DNA from: Octopus bimaculoides
Lineage: Eukaryota
DNA: 32,567 nt
Direction of reading: 5' to 3'
Assembly: GCF_001194135.2 (NCBI RefSeq)
Contig: NC_069000.1
Coordinates: forward strand, 17,200,691-17,233,257
Position 1 is the stretch's first letter, and the number at the start of each line of letters is the position of its first letter. Positions 1 to 9,985 of the stretch are shown here, piece by piece. Position numbers and translations under genes: made by a program. The notes under the pieces are model-generated. The model did not search any database, had not been told where the DNA came from, and was given only the letters and a program-made list of their open reading frames with translations.

Positions 1-24
1 ATATATATATATATATACACACAC

Positions 25-180
25 ACAACGGACTTCTTTCAGTTTCCGTCAACCAAATCCACTTACAAGACTTTGGTCAGCCCGAGGCTGTAGTAGAAGA
101 CACTTGCCCAAGGTGCCATGCAGTGGGACTGAAAGTGGAACTATGGGAAGTAAGCCTCTTATGACACAGCCACGCCTGCT
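25..180 (-). mobile_element. tRNA-derived CORE-like SINE
   Basis: Reverse complement reads GCAGGCGTGGCTGTGT...GGCACCTTGGGCAAGTGTCTTCTACTACAGCCTCGGGCTGACCAAAG and ends in (TG)n/(TA)n. The CCTTGGGCAAGT block resembles the CORE-SINE domain; a second copy is at 22855-23006. Confidence 0.75.
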
Positions 181-699
181 TACATTTTTCACATACACAC
201 ACACAAACTTATTTTATGTTTTCTTTTTTTGCTCAATGCATCACCCAACCCAAAGCTAAGGTGAAAGACATTTGCTCAAAGAGTCATGCAGAGCAGTCAA
301 ATCTGGAACAAACCATGTGATTGTAAAGCAAATTTTTACCCATATATGCATGTCCTGCCTTCTTGTTTATGCCACCATAATGTTCACCTGCTTTTAAAAT
401 GTAGCATATAGTAGTGTATGCATTATGTATAGTGTTAGTAGTAGTAGTAGTAGAAGTAGGATGTTTGTTGGTTGTTTAGACACAATCAAAGACATTTCAA
501 CTGTGAACAACCAGTTTTATGTTTATCATTGTCCAATGTGTCAGGTTTTAATACTGAATTTCATGGTTCATTGTACTTTGCTTTTTTTTAAATATTACTA
601 ATAAAATTGGTGTAATCCAAAAGACAGAATATTTAGTTAACAAAAAATAGGAAAAAAAAAAAAAAAAAGATAAGACTGACTGAAAGCAATCCAGCTCAG

Positions 700-1082
700 T
701 ATGCCTGAAAAAGAGTAGTTAGGCATTTCATACAGTGTACCCAGTGTTAGCTATTGGTACACAAGGCATTACTGCAGAAGTGTAGTAGCAATAACCTGTT
801 AAATCTTTCAAAATTCTGGAGGCTTCCCAAGATGCTTGATAGATTTTGTTACCTAAGTGACCAAATTAACAGCAGACGTGGGTGTTCTAAAAGCTTTTTA
901 GGCAAAGTATGAAAAGAATGGGAAAAGTTCATGGAACAATTACTTCTGTTATTAATAAAGAGAGTCTCTGAGAGAAGGACATATTGAATGCAGCATATGT
1001 AAAAAGTGAGATGTTGCATGGCAGTGAATTATGCTGGTGAGCAAACAGCCAGAAAGAAATGAGACAAGCATGTACCACTAAA
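700..1082 (+). mobile_element. Degenerate RTE-like LINE fragment, part 1 (interrupted by the Tc1-like element)
   Basis: Across stops and frameshifts it translates to DRFCYLSDQINSRRGCSKS...WEKFME...LHGSE-like text, resembling the post-RT FCYLGD...GW.KF.EL...MLHGSE region of RTE ORFs. Confidence 0.55.
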
Positions 1083-1084
1083 TA

Positions 1085-2600
1085 CACCCAGAACCACGTT
1101 AATAGCATAGGAGTGAAATTTAGGATTTTTTGGTTTTCTGTGAATCGAATTTGGTAAAATTGTTCGCAGCTGGTTCACACACAATGGCAACACCTTTGTT
1201 ATGTTTTCATTATTCTGTGTAATGTCCTTTCTTTTTTATTTAAGATTCTTCAGTTTTTGGGTGAACCATGCTTTTGAATGAATAGTTTTTGAATGAAAAT
1301 AGCCCATCTACACATTTTTTCAGAAAATGAAGGGTAATGATACATATTAAGCATACATTAAATATATATTTAACAGAAAAACCATAATAATATTATAACA
1401 TTTATTGACATAAGGAACTATTTAGCCACATAAGTGCCATTTTGACAGATAACTTCAAAACCCTTATTAGTCATGGAATCTGTCAATTTCTTAATAGTAG
1501 CAGGTTGGACTGCTTCTGTTGCAGCTTTGACGGTCACCCATAAAACATCTTTCAACATAAATTGGCGTCCATCAGCATAAACATCTTGTTTAATGATAGA
1601 CCAAAGATTTTCGATGGGGTTGAGATCCAGAGATGCTAGCAGCCACACCATCAACCTTTCACCTTGTATGCCCTAGGATCCTAGGAATGTTTGGGTGGTC
1701 CTGGCAGAGTGGGAGGGAGCATTTTCATGCATGAATAAGAGATTCCTAAGAAATGACAGCAGTATGTCATCTAGCCAGGGATCCAAAACCTCCTTCAGGA
1801 AATTGCAGTAGGCGGCTGCAATCACTTTAACTTCTTCAGGCACCCTGACTGGGCCAGCAAGTCTGTCCCCAACATGACACCTCCACTCTGTTGTTGACTA
1901 AACACTGGTGATGCTCACCTCCAAAATAGACCCAATCATTTGCCCAACTATCAGGTTTGTCAAGGGTCGCCCTGCTTTCATCAGTGCACAGAACACAACT
2001 CATGTCCAATGTCATGTACTTTGGGCCCATTGAAGCCTCAAACTCCTATGAGGATTCAGTTCCAGGGGTTCTCACACAGAAGCCATGGTCCTGAGAATGA
2101 AATATCTGGTGGTCTTTAGTACATGAGGAAATCCAGAGGTGGTGAAAATGGCCTTGCTTGTTTGTCCAGGTTTCCCATGTAACTTGAGACAAATATTCCT
2201 TAAATCCCTAGCTGTCACAGTCTTGGAGGTCCCACAATCAGACCATTTCTTCCTTGGCAATCATGTGGTTAAATAATTCATTATGTCAATAAATTTTATA
2301 TTATCATGGTTTTCTGTTAAATATATACTCAATGTTTGTTTAATATGTATTATTACTCTTCATTTTCCAAAACAAAAAAAATGTCTAGATGGGCTATTTT
2401 CATTCAAAAGCTATTAGCGTAGTTCACCCAAAAACTGAAGAATCTGATATAAAAAAGAAATGACATTACACAGAATAATGAAAACATAAGGGTGTTGCCA
2501 TAGTGTGCAAACCAGCTGGGAAAAGTTTTATCAAAATTGATTCAAAGAAAACCAAGAAATCCTAAGTTTCACTCCTAGACTATTAGCATGGTTCTGGGTG
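1085..2600 (-). mobile_element. Tc1/mariner superfamily DNA transposon, DD37E (TRT-like), defective, with ~320-330 bp TIRs and TA TSD
   Basis: TIRs at 1085-1413 and 2281-2600 (CACCCAGAACCA...TTTATTGACATAA) flanked by TA at 1083-1084 and 2601-2602. Transposase remnants: LCTDESRATLD, FMH(E)NAPSHSA and LDLNPIENLW, with 37 residues between the 2nd and 3rd catalytic positions; in-frame stop and frameshifts present. Confidence 0.92.
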
Positions 2601-2602
2601 TA

Positions 2603-2825
2603 GAACACAAATGAAAGGAGTGAAAAAACTGGGCACGAGGATTCAGATTTAGAGTGCTAGATGAAGACCAAAGAAGAGATGATGAAAAGTGGTTAAGGCT
2701 GGTCTGAAAAGGTTGAACCTCATGAATAAGATGTCAAAGGACTGCAACAAGTGGAAAGAGACTGTCATGGAGAAATCCCATCTGACCTAGGCAAGCATTG
2801 GAAAACACACATAAACTGATGGTGA
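2603..2825 (+). mobile_element. Degenerate RTE-like LINE fragment, part 2 (3' end)
   Basis: Translates to ...LKRLNLMNKMSKDCNKWKETVMEK, resembling the RTE C-terminal GRP..W.E.V..DL..L.L....DR..W region; it follows 700-1082 across the Tc1 insertion. Confidence 0.5.
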
Positions 2826-2999
2826 CAGACTAATAGCTCAGAGATCACCTAACTAAAGCTCCAAGTGCTTCAACTCTAAATCGATCACCTAATATAAATG
2901 GCAGTAGCAATATTCATCCTGTTCCCCATCATTTAAGGCAGCAGACTTTTTGTTTTAGAACCATGAAGCATAACAGTTAAGGTATGATGTGGGATATTG

Positions 3000-3420
3000 C
3001 AAGGCAATGGGAACATTGATGTGTAAGGCATCATGAAACACTGATGTTGTGAGGATATTGATGTGTGGAGTGTTGTAAAGCGATGAGGATACTAATGAGT
3101 GGGCTGTCGTGAGAAAGTGAGGACAATGATGTACGAGATGCAAAACAGTGATTACATCGATGTGTGGGCTATTGTGTGAAATTGAGGATATTGAAGTGTA
3201 GGCAGTTGTAAGGCAGTGAGGACACTGATGTATGAGGCGTTGTGAAACAGTAAAGATATTGATTTGTGGGCTGTTGTGAGAAATTGAGGACATTGACATC
3301 TAGGGTGTTATGAGGCAATGAGGACATGATGTGACAGACATTGCAGGCCAGTGAAGGCACTGATGTGTGGATTATTGCAGGACAGTGGGAATTGACATGC
3401 CAGACATTTAGAGGTAGTAA
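3000..3420. repeat. Degenerate 34-bp minisatellite
   Basis: GAGGA(T/C)A(T/C)TGATGTG-type units start at 3051, 3085, 3119, 3150, 3184, 3218, 3252, 3286, 3320 and 3353 (mostly 34-bp spacing). Confidence 0.8.
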
Positions 3421-3789
3421 AGACAAAAATGTGTGGCGCATTGCAAAGTAGTAAGGGCACTTATAGATGGTAGTGAGAACATACGTGGGATGTAGCGATT
3501 GTGGGAACGTATAATAGAACTATGACATGTTGGTTAAATGCAATCTAGGAGACAGGTCTAGTATTCAGGATCTACTGATCTTTAGGCTATTCTGAATATC
3601 ATAATCTGCACACTGCTGCCAACTATTTTATATTTAACCAAGTGAAATACAATATGGAAGTGAAAGCATATCACATTATTACCATTATTCAGCCTGTTCT
3701 TAAATGACTATGGAAGCTTTTTGGTGACTTTAAATGGAGATGAATAAAGTGAACTTAATATCAAATATTTATAAAGTGGCAAGAATTCT

Positions 3790-3995
3790 TGCCACAAAAG
3801 AACTGTTGGCACGCCAGGCAAAATGCTAAGCATTTCTTCTCTCTTTACATTCTGACTTCAAATTCCATCAAGGTCAACTTTGTTTTCCATCCTATCGGGG
3901 TTCATAAAATAAGTACCAGCTGAGCATTGAGGCCGGACTAATTGACATACCTCCTCCCCGCCAAAATTGCTAGCCTTGTACCACAATTTGAAATG
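3790..3995 (+). mobile_element. SINE (family with AGGTCAACTTTGCCTTTCATCC...GATAAAATAAGTACCAG body)
   Basis: Shares its body and AAATTGCTGGCCTTGTGCC tail with copies at ~4845-4945, ~8015-8125, ~8355-8440 (minus), 19757-19975 and 19978-20201. Confidence 0.7.
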
Positions 3996-4591
3996 AATAT
4001 TAAATACTTAAGAGAACACAACAACCACTCTTCTAAGCTGGGTCATGTCAGTATCAGCCCAAGAATCACTGAACTAAAAACATTAACTGGAGTTAGAACA
4101 TTTCAACAGTAATATTCAACTAGAAGGCACACATCAACTTGACCTTTATAATATAATACTGAACCCCTATTCAAGGAGATTAAAGCAAAGAAATATACTT
4201 TTCCACTTACAGATATCGAACGTAAGCTTCTCTCGTGTAAAAATGAGTAAAACAATTTACATAGCTTCACATAAGCACTATAAGCTTTAATGAGACAGAA
4301 AAAACCCTGCAGGCTTAGCTGGTCTCAAGCTACAAGGCTACTGCTTGCTAAATGAGGACTATCAATTTAACATCAGAGCATTTGTCATTCCATTATCTAA
4401 GACTAGGTTATACACTATTTCTGAAATTTTAACACTAAAAGATAATTCATTAGTCACTTAGCAATAGCAGGATAAACTATTCTATTAATGTTTCAACAGT
4501 TAATTGAAAATTATATTTCTTGTCAGAGTACTATGGTTTTTCTTGCCGTGAATGACTTAAATTATGATTTCATTTCTTAATATTTTCTTAC

Positions 4592-4650
4592 GTTGCAGAG
4601 AAGCATACAACAGGATTGATTTCATCACTAACACATTTTTTTTCTGTTTG
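4592..4650 (-). other. Candidate short exon (QTEKKCVSDEINPVVCFSA, phase 0->2)
   Basis: Long polypyrimidine tract + TTTAG acceptor and GTAAG donor; open frame compatible with the 5090-5036 exon. No recognised homology. Confidence 0.35.
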
Positions 4651-5035
4651 CTAAAGTTAAGACTTATAAAAAAAAAAAGAAAAAAAAAGAAAAATCATTA
4701 TAATAAAATGTAATTAGGATGAATTGAGCCAACTATAACCTCCATGAAAGTTATATAAATCTATATTATTGATAGAAAATTAAAAGACAAATGGTATAGC
4801 ACAAAACAACACATAATAATATTCAGTTATATCACTAAGATCTTGTGTTGCCTTTCATCCTTTGAAGCCTTTCACCTCTTCAAATAAGTATCAGGCATAT
4901 TTAACTGATATACCTCCTTCTTGCTGGCCTTGTGCCAAAATAGGAAATTATTATTGTTGCATTATAACTATTGTTGTTGTTATTTTAGTTGTTAATGTTA
5001 GATGAAGAGTAAATGTGCATGCGAAAAAGACTTAC

Positions 5036-5090
5036 TTTCATTTTGTCAGATTTTGCATAAATAGCATTTTCTCGAAAATCATAGTCCTTC
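5036..5090 (-). other. Candidate short exon (KDYDFRENAIYAKSDKMK, phase 2->0)
   Basis: TTCTTTTTTTATTTTCCAG acceptor and GTAAGT donor; only one open frame. Confidence 0.4.
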
Positions 5091-5334
5091 CTGGAAAATA
5101 AAAAAAGAATTTCACTTTACTTTATTTTATAAAGCAGTCAACACTTTATGTCACACAATATGTGAACCCTGCTCCCAGTCATAACACTATCTCATTGTAA
5201 CCAGCTTCAACAACTTTGTAACAAGCTTCAACAAACTTTATCCCAGACATAGCTGTAGAATCTTGCACTGAACTATAAATCACTGCTAATATTAAAATAG
5301 GTATCACATGAATGAATTTCTTTTATTTTTTTAC

Positions 5335-5405
5335 TTGCTTCTATCTGACATGTTAATGGTTCTGCTAGCTCGCAGCCTTAATAGTAATGATAAATGAAAG
5401 ATATG
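5335..5405 (-). other. Candidate short exon (HIFHLSLLLRLRASRTINMSDRS, phase 0->2)
   Basis: T-rich tract + CACTAG acceptor and GTAAAA donor; one open frame, containing an ATG that continues in frame into 5090-5036. Confidence 0.3.
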
Positions 5406-6010
5406 CTAGTGTACAAAAAAAAAAAAAGAGAGGTAAAGTTAGCTGAAGAAACTACAATAGAAGCCAGAATATCTTTTCAAGGTATACTTTGAAAAATGTG
5501 GTGGGGGGAGTCAAATATAAAATAAGATATCATTTCATGAGCTGAATAACATACACACTGGACTATCTTAAGGTTATCTTATAGGAACAATTTAGAGTAT
5601 GAGCCAAGTGCACCTGAAGTGTTCAAAATAGGAAAGTTATCTTGTTTGTGTGGAGGACATGCAAGATCACAAGGTTATCTTGAAGGAAAAATTTTAAACA
5701 GGCAGCAGAAGTCAAAGTTTGAAGCAGGAAAGTTATCTCATGGGAAGAACAAACGACTAAAAGACAGCAAGAGCAGAAGGTTATCTTGAGAGAATAATTT
5801 AAAATAAGGTGGTGTGGGGTTGGCAAAACAAGAATAAAATAAGTCATCTTATACAAAGAATAAAATGCAGAAGAATGCAAAATTATCATCATGAGAGATT
5901 ACAAACAGACAAGTGAGAGACAAGTTTGAAATAAGGACGAAGGTACCCTGTAAGAAGAATAAAACTTAAGCAAGACCCCCCCCCAAAAAAAATTGTGCGT
6001 GTGAGAAAGA

Positions 6011-6135
6011 GAGGGGGGAGAGAGGAGTAGGAGTGAGAGGAGTAGGAGCGAGAAGAGTAGGAGTGAGAGGAGTAGGAGTGAGAGGAGTAGGAGTGAGAGG
6101 AGTAGGAGTAAGAGGAGTAGAAGAGAGCGAGAGAG
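6011..6135. repeat. 15-bp purine-rich minisatellite (GAGTGAGAGGAGTAG)n
   Basis: About 7 near-identical tandem units directly visible. Confidence 0.9.
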
Positions 6136-6595
6136 GAAACAGGTTTAAAAAACGAGACAAGTTAAAAGGAATAAAATAGTTTAAAAACTACCAAAATTTT
6201 TATTCCATCTTTTATGCAGTCAATATATTTCAATCAGTCACCCATCCATCCCTATCCAACCAATATTTCTGGAAGGGTCATGGTGGAGGACTCCTCAAGC
6301 ACCTCCACCATAGAGTACTATCATAAGCAACCATCACTCAGCTTTCTGATTGAATTCCCCCTTGGCCTACCACTAGGTCTCCCGCCAGTTGGGTCAGCTT
6401 GACTTGAAAAATAGAATATGTTCTTGTTTCTTTCCTGTAACATTTAATCATAGGTGACGTTTTTTTGCACATATACATACATACTCTTAAGCTGAACTGA
6501 AATTAACAACCATTAGTTTAAAAAACAATGCTTCAATTTCCAATGATTACAACTGTGCAACAAAATTTTAATTTTGTGGGGCTTTAGTCAGTAAG

Positions 6596-7001
6596 TGTTA
6601 TTTCCTATTTGCTTCTATCGAGAAACCATAGGAAATGACTACTATTCCCTTCAAACTTTGCTTTTGTGGCATGGACATCAATGTCTTGAAACTAACTTAC
6701 ATTCCATTATATTTTCGATAGATTCAACACTGAGCTGACAAAACAGAAATATCATTCAGTAAATATTCTGTTCAATACCACAAATTTGCTTGTTAGTTGC
6801 TTGACTTTAACTCCTTGAGCATGTCACTTTGTGACTGATAATATGTGCATTTGATCATGAGCAGGATTAGTGGAAAAGCATCAAAGTCATGTGTTTGAGA
6901 GGGATTCTTTGAGGGTTTTAATAAATGTAACAAAAGCAAAGTTTGAAGGAAATGTCAGTCATTTTTCCTACTTTCTAGGAGTAAGCAAATGGGAAATAAC
7001 A
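6596..7001. mobile_element. Old inverted-repeat element (probable MITE/foldback), ~72-bp arms
   Basis: 6596-6667 is the imperfect reverse complement of 6930-7001, including a 23/24 match (ATTCCCTTCAAACTTTGCTTTTGT / ACAAAAGCAAAGTTTGAAGGAAAT). Confidence 0.65.
6701..6734 (-). other. Candidate 34-nt exon (LSVESIENIME, phase 0->1)
   Basis: TTTCTGTTTTGTCAG acceptor and GTAAGT donor; lies inside the inverted-repeat element. Confidence 0.3.
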
Positions 7002-7057
7002 GTTGCTACCCAAGGACAAAAATTATGTTACAGAATTTTATAGAACACTCCCATAGG

Positions 7058-7190
7058 CAGTGCTGTCTTAAGGCATGGTCTAAGAGCCCAATTCTGATCT
7101 ATGCCTGTTGTAGCTTGCCATCAATAAATAAATATAGGGCCCAGTGCATTGATTTACCTGGGGGCTTATAATGGTGTAAAGACAGCCCCT
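7058..7190. mobile_element. hAT-type MITE with 8-bp TSD (CCCATAGG)
   Basis: CCCATAGG at 7050-7057 and 7191-7198; ends CAGTGCTGTCTT / AAGACAGCCCCT; interior is the reverse-complement homolog of 25668-25851. Confidence 0.8.
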
Positions 7191-7333
7191 CCCATAGGAT
7201 AACTACCAGTCACAAATTTCCCAAAGTCTTGCTCAGAAAAGTGTCATGCACCATTACATCTGTTGTTATTTAGCCAAAACTCAACACTGATTTTGCAGGG
7301 TAATGATCAAAATTATTCTTTTGGCAATTTTAC

Positions 7334-7391
7334 TGGTTTAACTGTCGAGATAGAGAGGAGCAAGCTGTCAACAAGTTCTAGGGTGCAGAGA
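7334..7391 (-). other. Candidate exon (LCTLELVDSLLLSISTVKP, phase 2->0)
   Basis: Pyrimidine-rich CCTTAG acceptor and GTAAAA donor; bridges the phases of 7529-7493 and 6734-6701. Confidence 0.25.
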
Positions 7392-7492
7392 CTAAGGTAA
7401 TATCAGTAAAAAAATATGAAAGGACAAGGTTTGAGAGCAAGGAATAGCATAAATTTGACAGTGTTCTTAGATGAAAACAAAGAAATACTCAC

Positions 7493-7529
7493 CGAGTTGG
7501 TGGTGGACCAGTTGTCTTTGGTTTAGTTT
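7493..7529 (-). other. Candidate 37-nt exon (TKPKTTGPPPT, phase 1->2)
   Basis: ATTTTTATTTTCTTTTAATTTTGTAG acceptor and GTGAGT donor; GC-richer than its flanks. Confidence 0.45.
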
Positions 7530-7655
7530 CTACAAAATTAAAAGAAAATAAAAATGGAAAATAAGAGTAGTAAGATTAATAATAATATACATAATAACTA
7601 AATTTCAAGGTGTTAAGTTATTGACTATGTATGTGATTATAAGTTCAAATCTTAC

Positions 7656-7718
7656 TACATCCATTGTATTGCGCCTCTGAACAAAGCAGACAAATTCTGT
7701 TGCATGTTTTGCTCAAGA
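7656..7718 (-). other. Candidate 63-nt exon (LSKTCNRICLLCSEAQYNGC, phase 1->1)
   Basis: Very long T/C tract + TTCAG acceptor and GTAAGA donor; phase-compatible with Ctr exon 2 and with 7529-7493. Confidence 0.4.
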
Positions 7719-9249
7719 CTGAAGAAAAAGGCTAAAAGGAAAAAAAAAAAAAGGAAATAAGTTAACTCTGAAGTTCTGGGCACTAGAACAACTAAACTGT
7801 TTTTTTCCAGCAAAAAGAATTTGTAGTTGTTTGCCTAATTTAAGAATACTATCATTTGAGAAAGGCAGAACATTGTTTCAATCCATTTGCCACCACTCAC
7901 CATTTTCATCTCTGACAAAATGCAAGGCTTTTGACTAAAGTAGTGGATGACAGAAACGATACAATTACAGACAAAATGCTATGCAACATTTAGTTACAAC
8001 TACCTGTATCCCATGATCAATCCCACTAGGGTTGACTTTACCTTTCTTTTTGTTCATGGGTCAGCTAAAATAAGTTCTAGTCAAGAACTGGTGTTAGTTT
8101 AATCACTGGTTTCCTCCCCAAAAATATAGCTTTCTTCAAATTTAGGACATTATTATTAAGATTAAGGAAAGCACAATGACTTGCAAAATCAGTGGAGTAT
8201 CAGAGTCAGTGCCTTTATATGGATGTAACTTTCTTCTTCCTCTTTTGTAACAGTTCCAGTCAAATACTGGAATCAGTTTAATTGTTAGTTCTCTCCAGCC
8301 AGTGTAAGATACTAGTTTCAAATACTGGCACACGGCCAGCAAGTTCAATTGCATCAACCCCAGTGTTCAACTGGTACTTATTTTAACAACCCTGAAAGGA
8401 TGAAAGGTAAAGTAGATCTTGGTGGAAATTGAACAACCAAGGAATAAATGTAGTGGAGGATAGAAATGGTAAGAGTATTTAACTATGTCCCATTAGGGTC
8501 ATCATAGATGAAATCTCACTAAGGAGTCAACTTCCAGGCTGATAAGTAATATTGTGAGGGCAGTGAATCAGATATTGAATTAAATACCTCATTAAGTACA
8601 GCTTTTGATTGATTGATTTCAAATCACACTCAAAGTTGACTGTCTTTCATCTCTCCTGAGTTGACAAAATCATTTCAGTTGACTATACTTCATATATCTG
8701 TCTAAACAAGCTGTCTACACACAACACCTCCACCTGCTTCTGGTACTTTAAGTCAGTTTTACTCACAGGAGCACATGAGCTTCCTTCTTTATCCATCAGT
8801 AAGAATTAGGTGAGTTACCAAAACTAGCATTTAAGGCAGAATCTCCCTTTACATCCAGCTCATAACAAAGATCTAATGCTTCAAATCCCCTAAGTCATTC
8901 ACTTCCAGTTATGCTGAAGCTCTTCTCACACAGACAAACTAACTTCATACCACGTCGCCTCCAAGAGCTCCAGCAATCATGACCATTGCTAGAGGTTCAA
9001 TTCTAGCTCCTTTACGTTATTTCAATAGCATAAAGCAGTTATGAAGTGAAAGGAAGGGAAAATGAATGAGGAGCAGTTAAATGAAAATAGTCATAAAAGA
9101 TAAATTCATTAAAACTACAAAGAAAAAATAAGAAATTATTAAAAAAACAGTTAAATATTTTAGATGTTATATGAACAAGATAAAATATATGGGACCAGTT
9201 ACCAAAAAAATAACATGAACTAATTAAGAGTATTTATTAAAAATAGGTT

Positions 9250-9495
9250 GTGGAGGCGTGTGGCTTAGTGGCTAGGGTGTCAGCATCATGATCGTAAGAT
9301 TGTGGTTTCGATTCCTGGACCGGGCGATGCGTTGTGTTCTTCAAAACACTTCATTTCATGTTGCTCCAGTCCACTCAGCTGGCAAAAATGAATAACACTG
9401 TGAAGGACTGGCGTCCTGTCCAGCTGGGGAACACATACGCCATTAAAACCGGGAAACTGGGCCCATGAGCCTGGCTAGACTTTAAAAGGGCGTAT
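9250..9495 (+). mobile_element. tRNA-derived SINE with CORE-like and V-domain-like blocks
   Basis: A box TGGCTTAGTGG and B-box-like GTTTCGATTCC, followed by GTGTTCTT..AAAACACTT and GGACTGGCGTCCTGTCCAG; cannot fold as a complete tRNA. Confidence 0.75.
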
Positions 9496-9584
9496 TTATT
9501 TTTTTATATCTGCTTTTCGCAGCAAAAGGGTTAGAAATGGGCAGGGAATGTATCTGAACGCTACCCCAAAACGCATCCTTTTAT

Positions 9585-9723
9585 GCATACATACATACAT
9601 GTATATCCATGTGTGCGTGTGTGTGTGCGCGCGCGTATGTGTAATGTGTACGTATGTATATATGCATGTATGTACGTATATATATATGCATGTATGTACG
9701 TATGAATTATGTATGTATGCATG

Positions 9724-9762
<39 letters not shown>
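9585..9762. repeat. Compound microsatellite (ACAT)n/(GT)n/(ATGT)n
   Basis: Directly visible. Confidence 0.9.
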
Positions 9763-9789
9763 CTTTATATTTGTGTAGTTGTCCTTGCA

Positions 9790-9985
9790 CAGCTTGCAAC
9801 CGTTGTTGGTTTGTTTGTGTACCTAGTAACTTGACGTTTTTTTTTTTTTGCAAAAAAGACACCGATGGAATAAGTACCAAACATTAAAAAAAATAGTACT
9901 GGAGTACTAAATTTCGACTAATACTTCAAGGTGGTGCCCCAGTATGGACGCAGTCTAATGACTGAAACAAGTAAACGATAAAAGA
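9790..9985 (+). mobile_element. SINE body/tail (GACCGATAGAATAAGTAC...ATGACTGAAACAAGTAAA family)
   Basis: Reverse-complement homolog of 17553-17790 and 21215-21305. Confidence 0.65.

Noticed and set aside
2955-3441. ORFs of 114 and 90 aa, and a CRISPR-like appearance
   Set aside because: Products of a 34-bp minisatellite; no identical repeats with unique spacers, no cas genes, and the context is eukaryotic.
5966-6160. (PLTPT)n ORF
   Set aside because: Translation of a 15-bp purine/pyrimidine minisatellite with no splice or homology support.
6214-6435. Possible TM2/TM3 terminal exon of Ctr
   Set aside because: No MxxxM motif and stops in all frames; PTGGRPSGRPRG looks more like an RTE C-terminal remnant.
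8690-9000. Possible LINE remnant or exon with a GTGAGT donor at 8766
   Set aside because: Stops in all frames and no convincing motif.
9250-9325. tRNA genes here and at 21308-21375 and 24820-24882
   Set aside because: They have A/B boxes but no complete cloverleaf and continue into SINE bodies.
9496-9887. HT/CV/YI-rich ORFs here and at 10245-11093, 12410-12760, 15966-16398, 24185-24433 and 29346-32510
   Set aside because: Translations of microsatellites.
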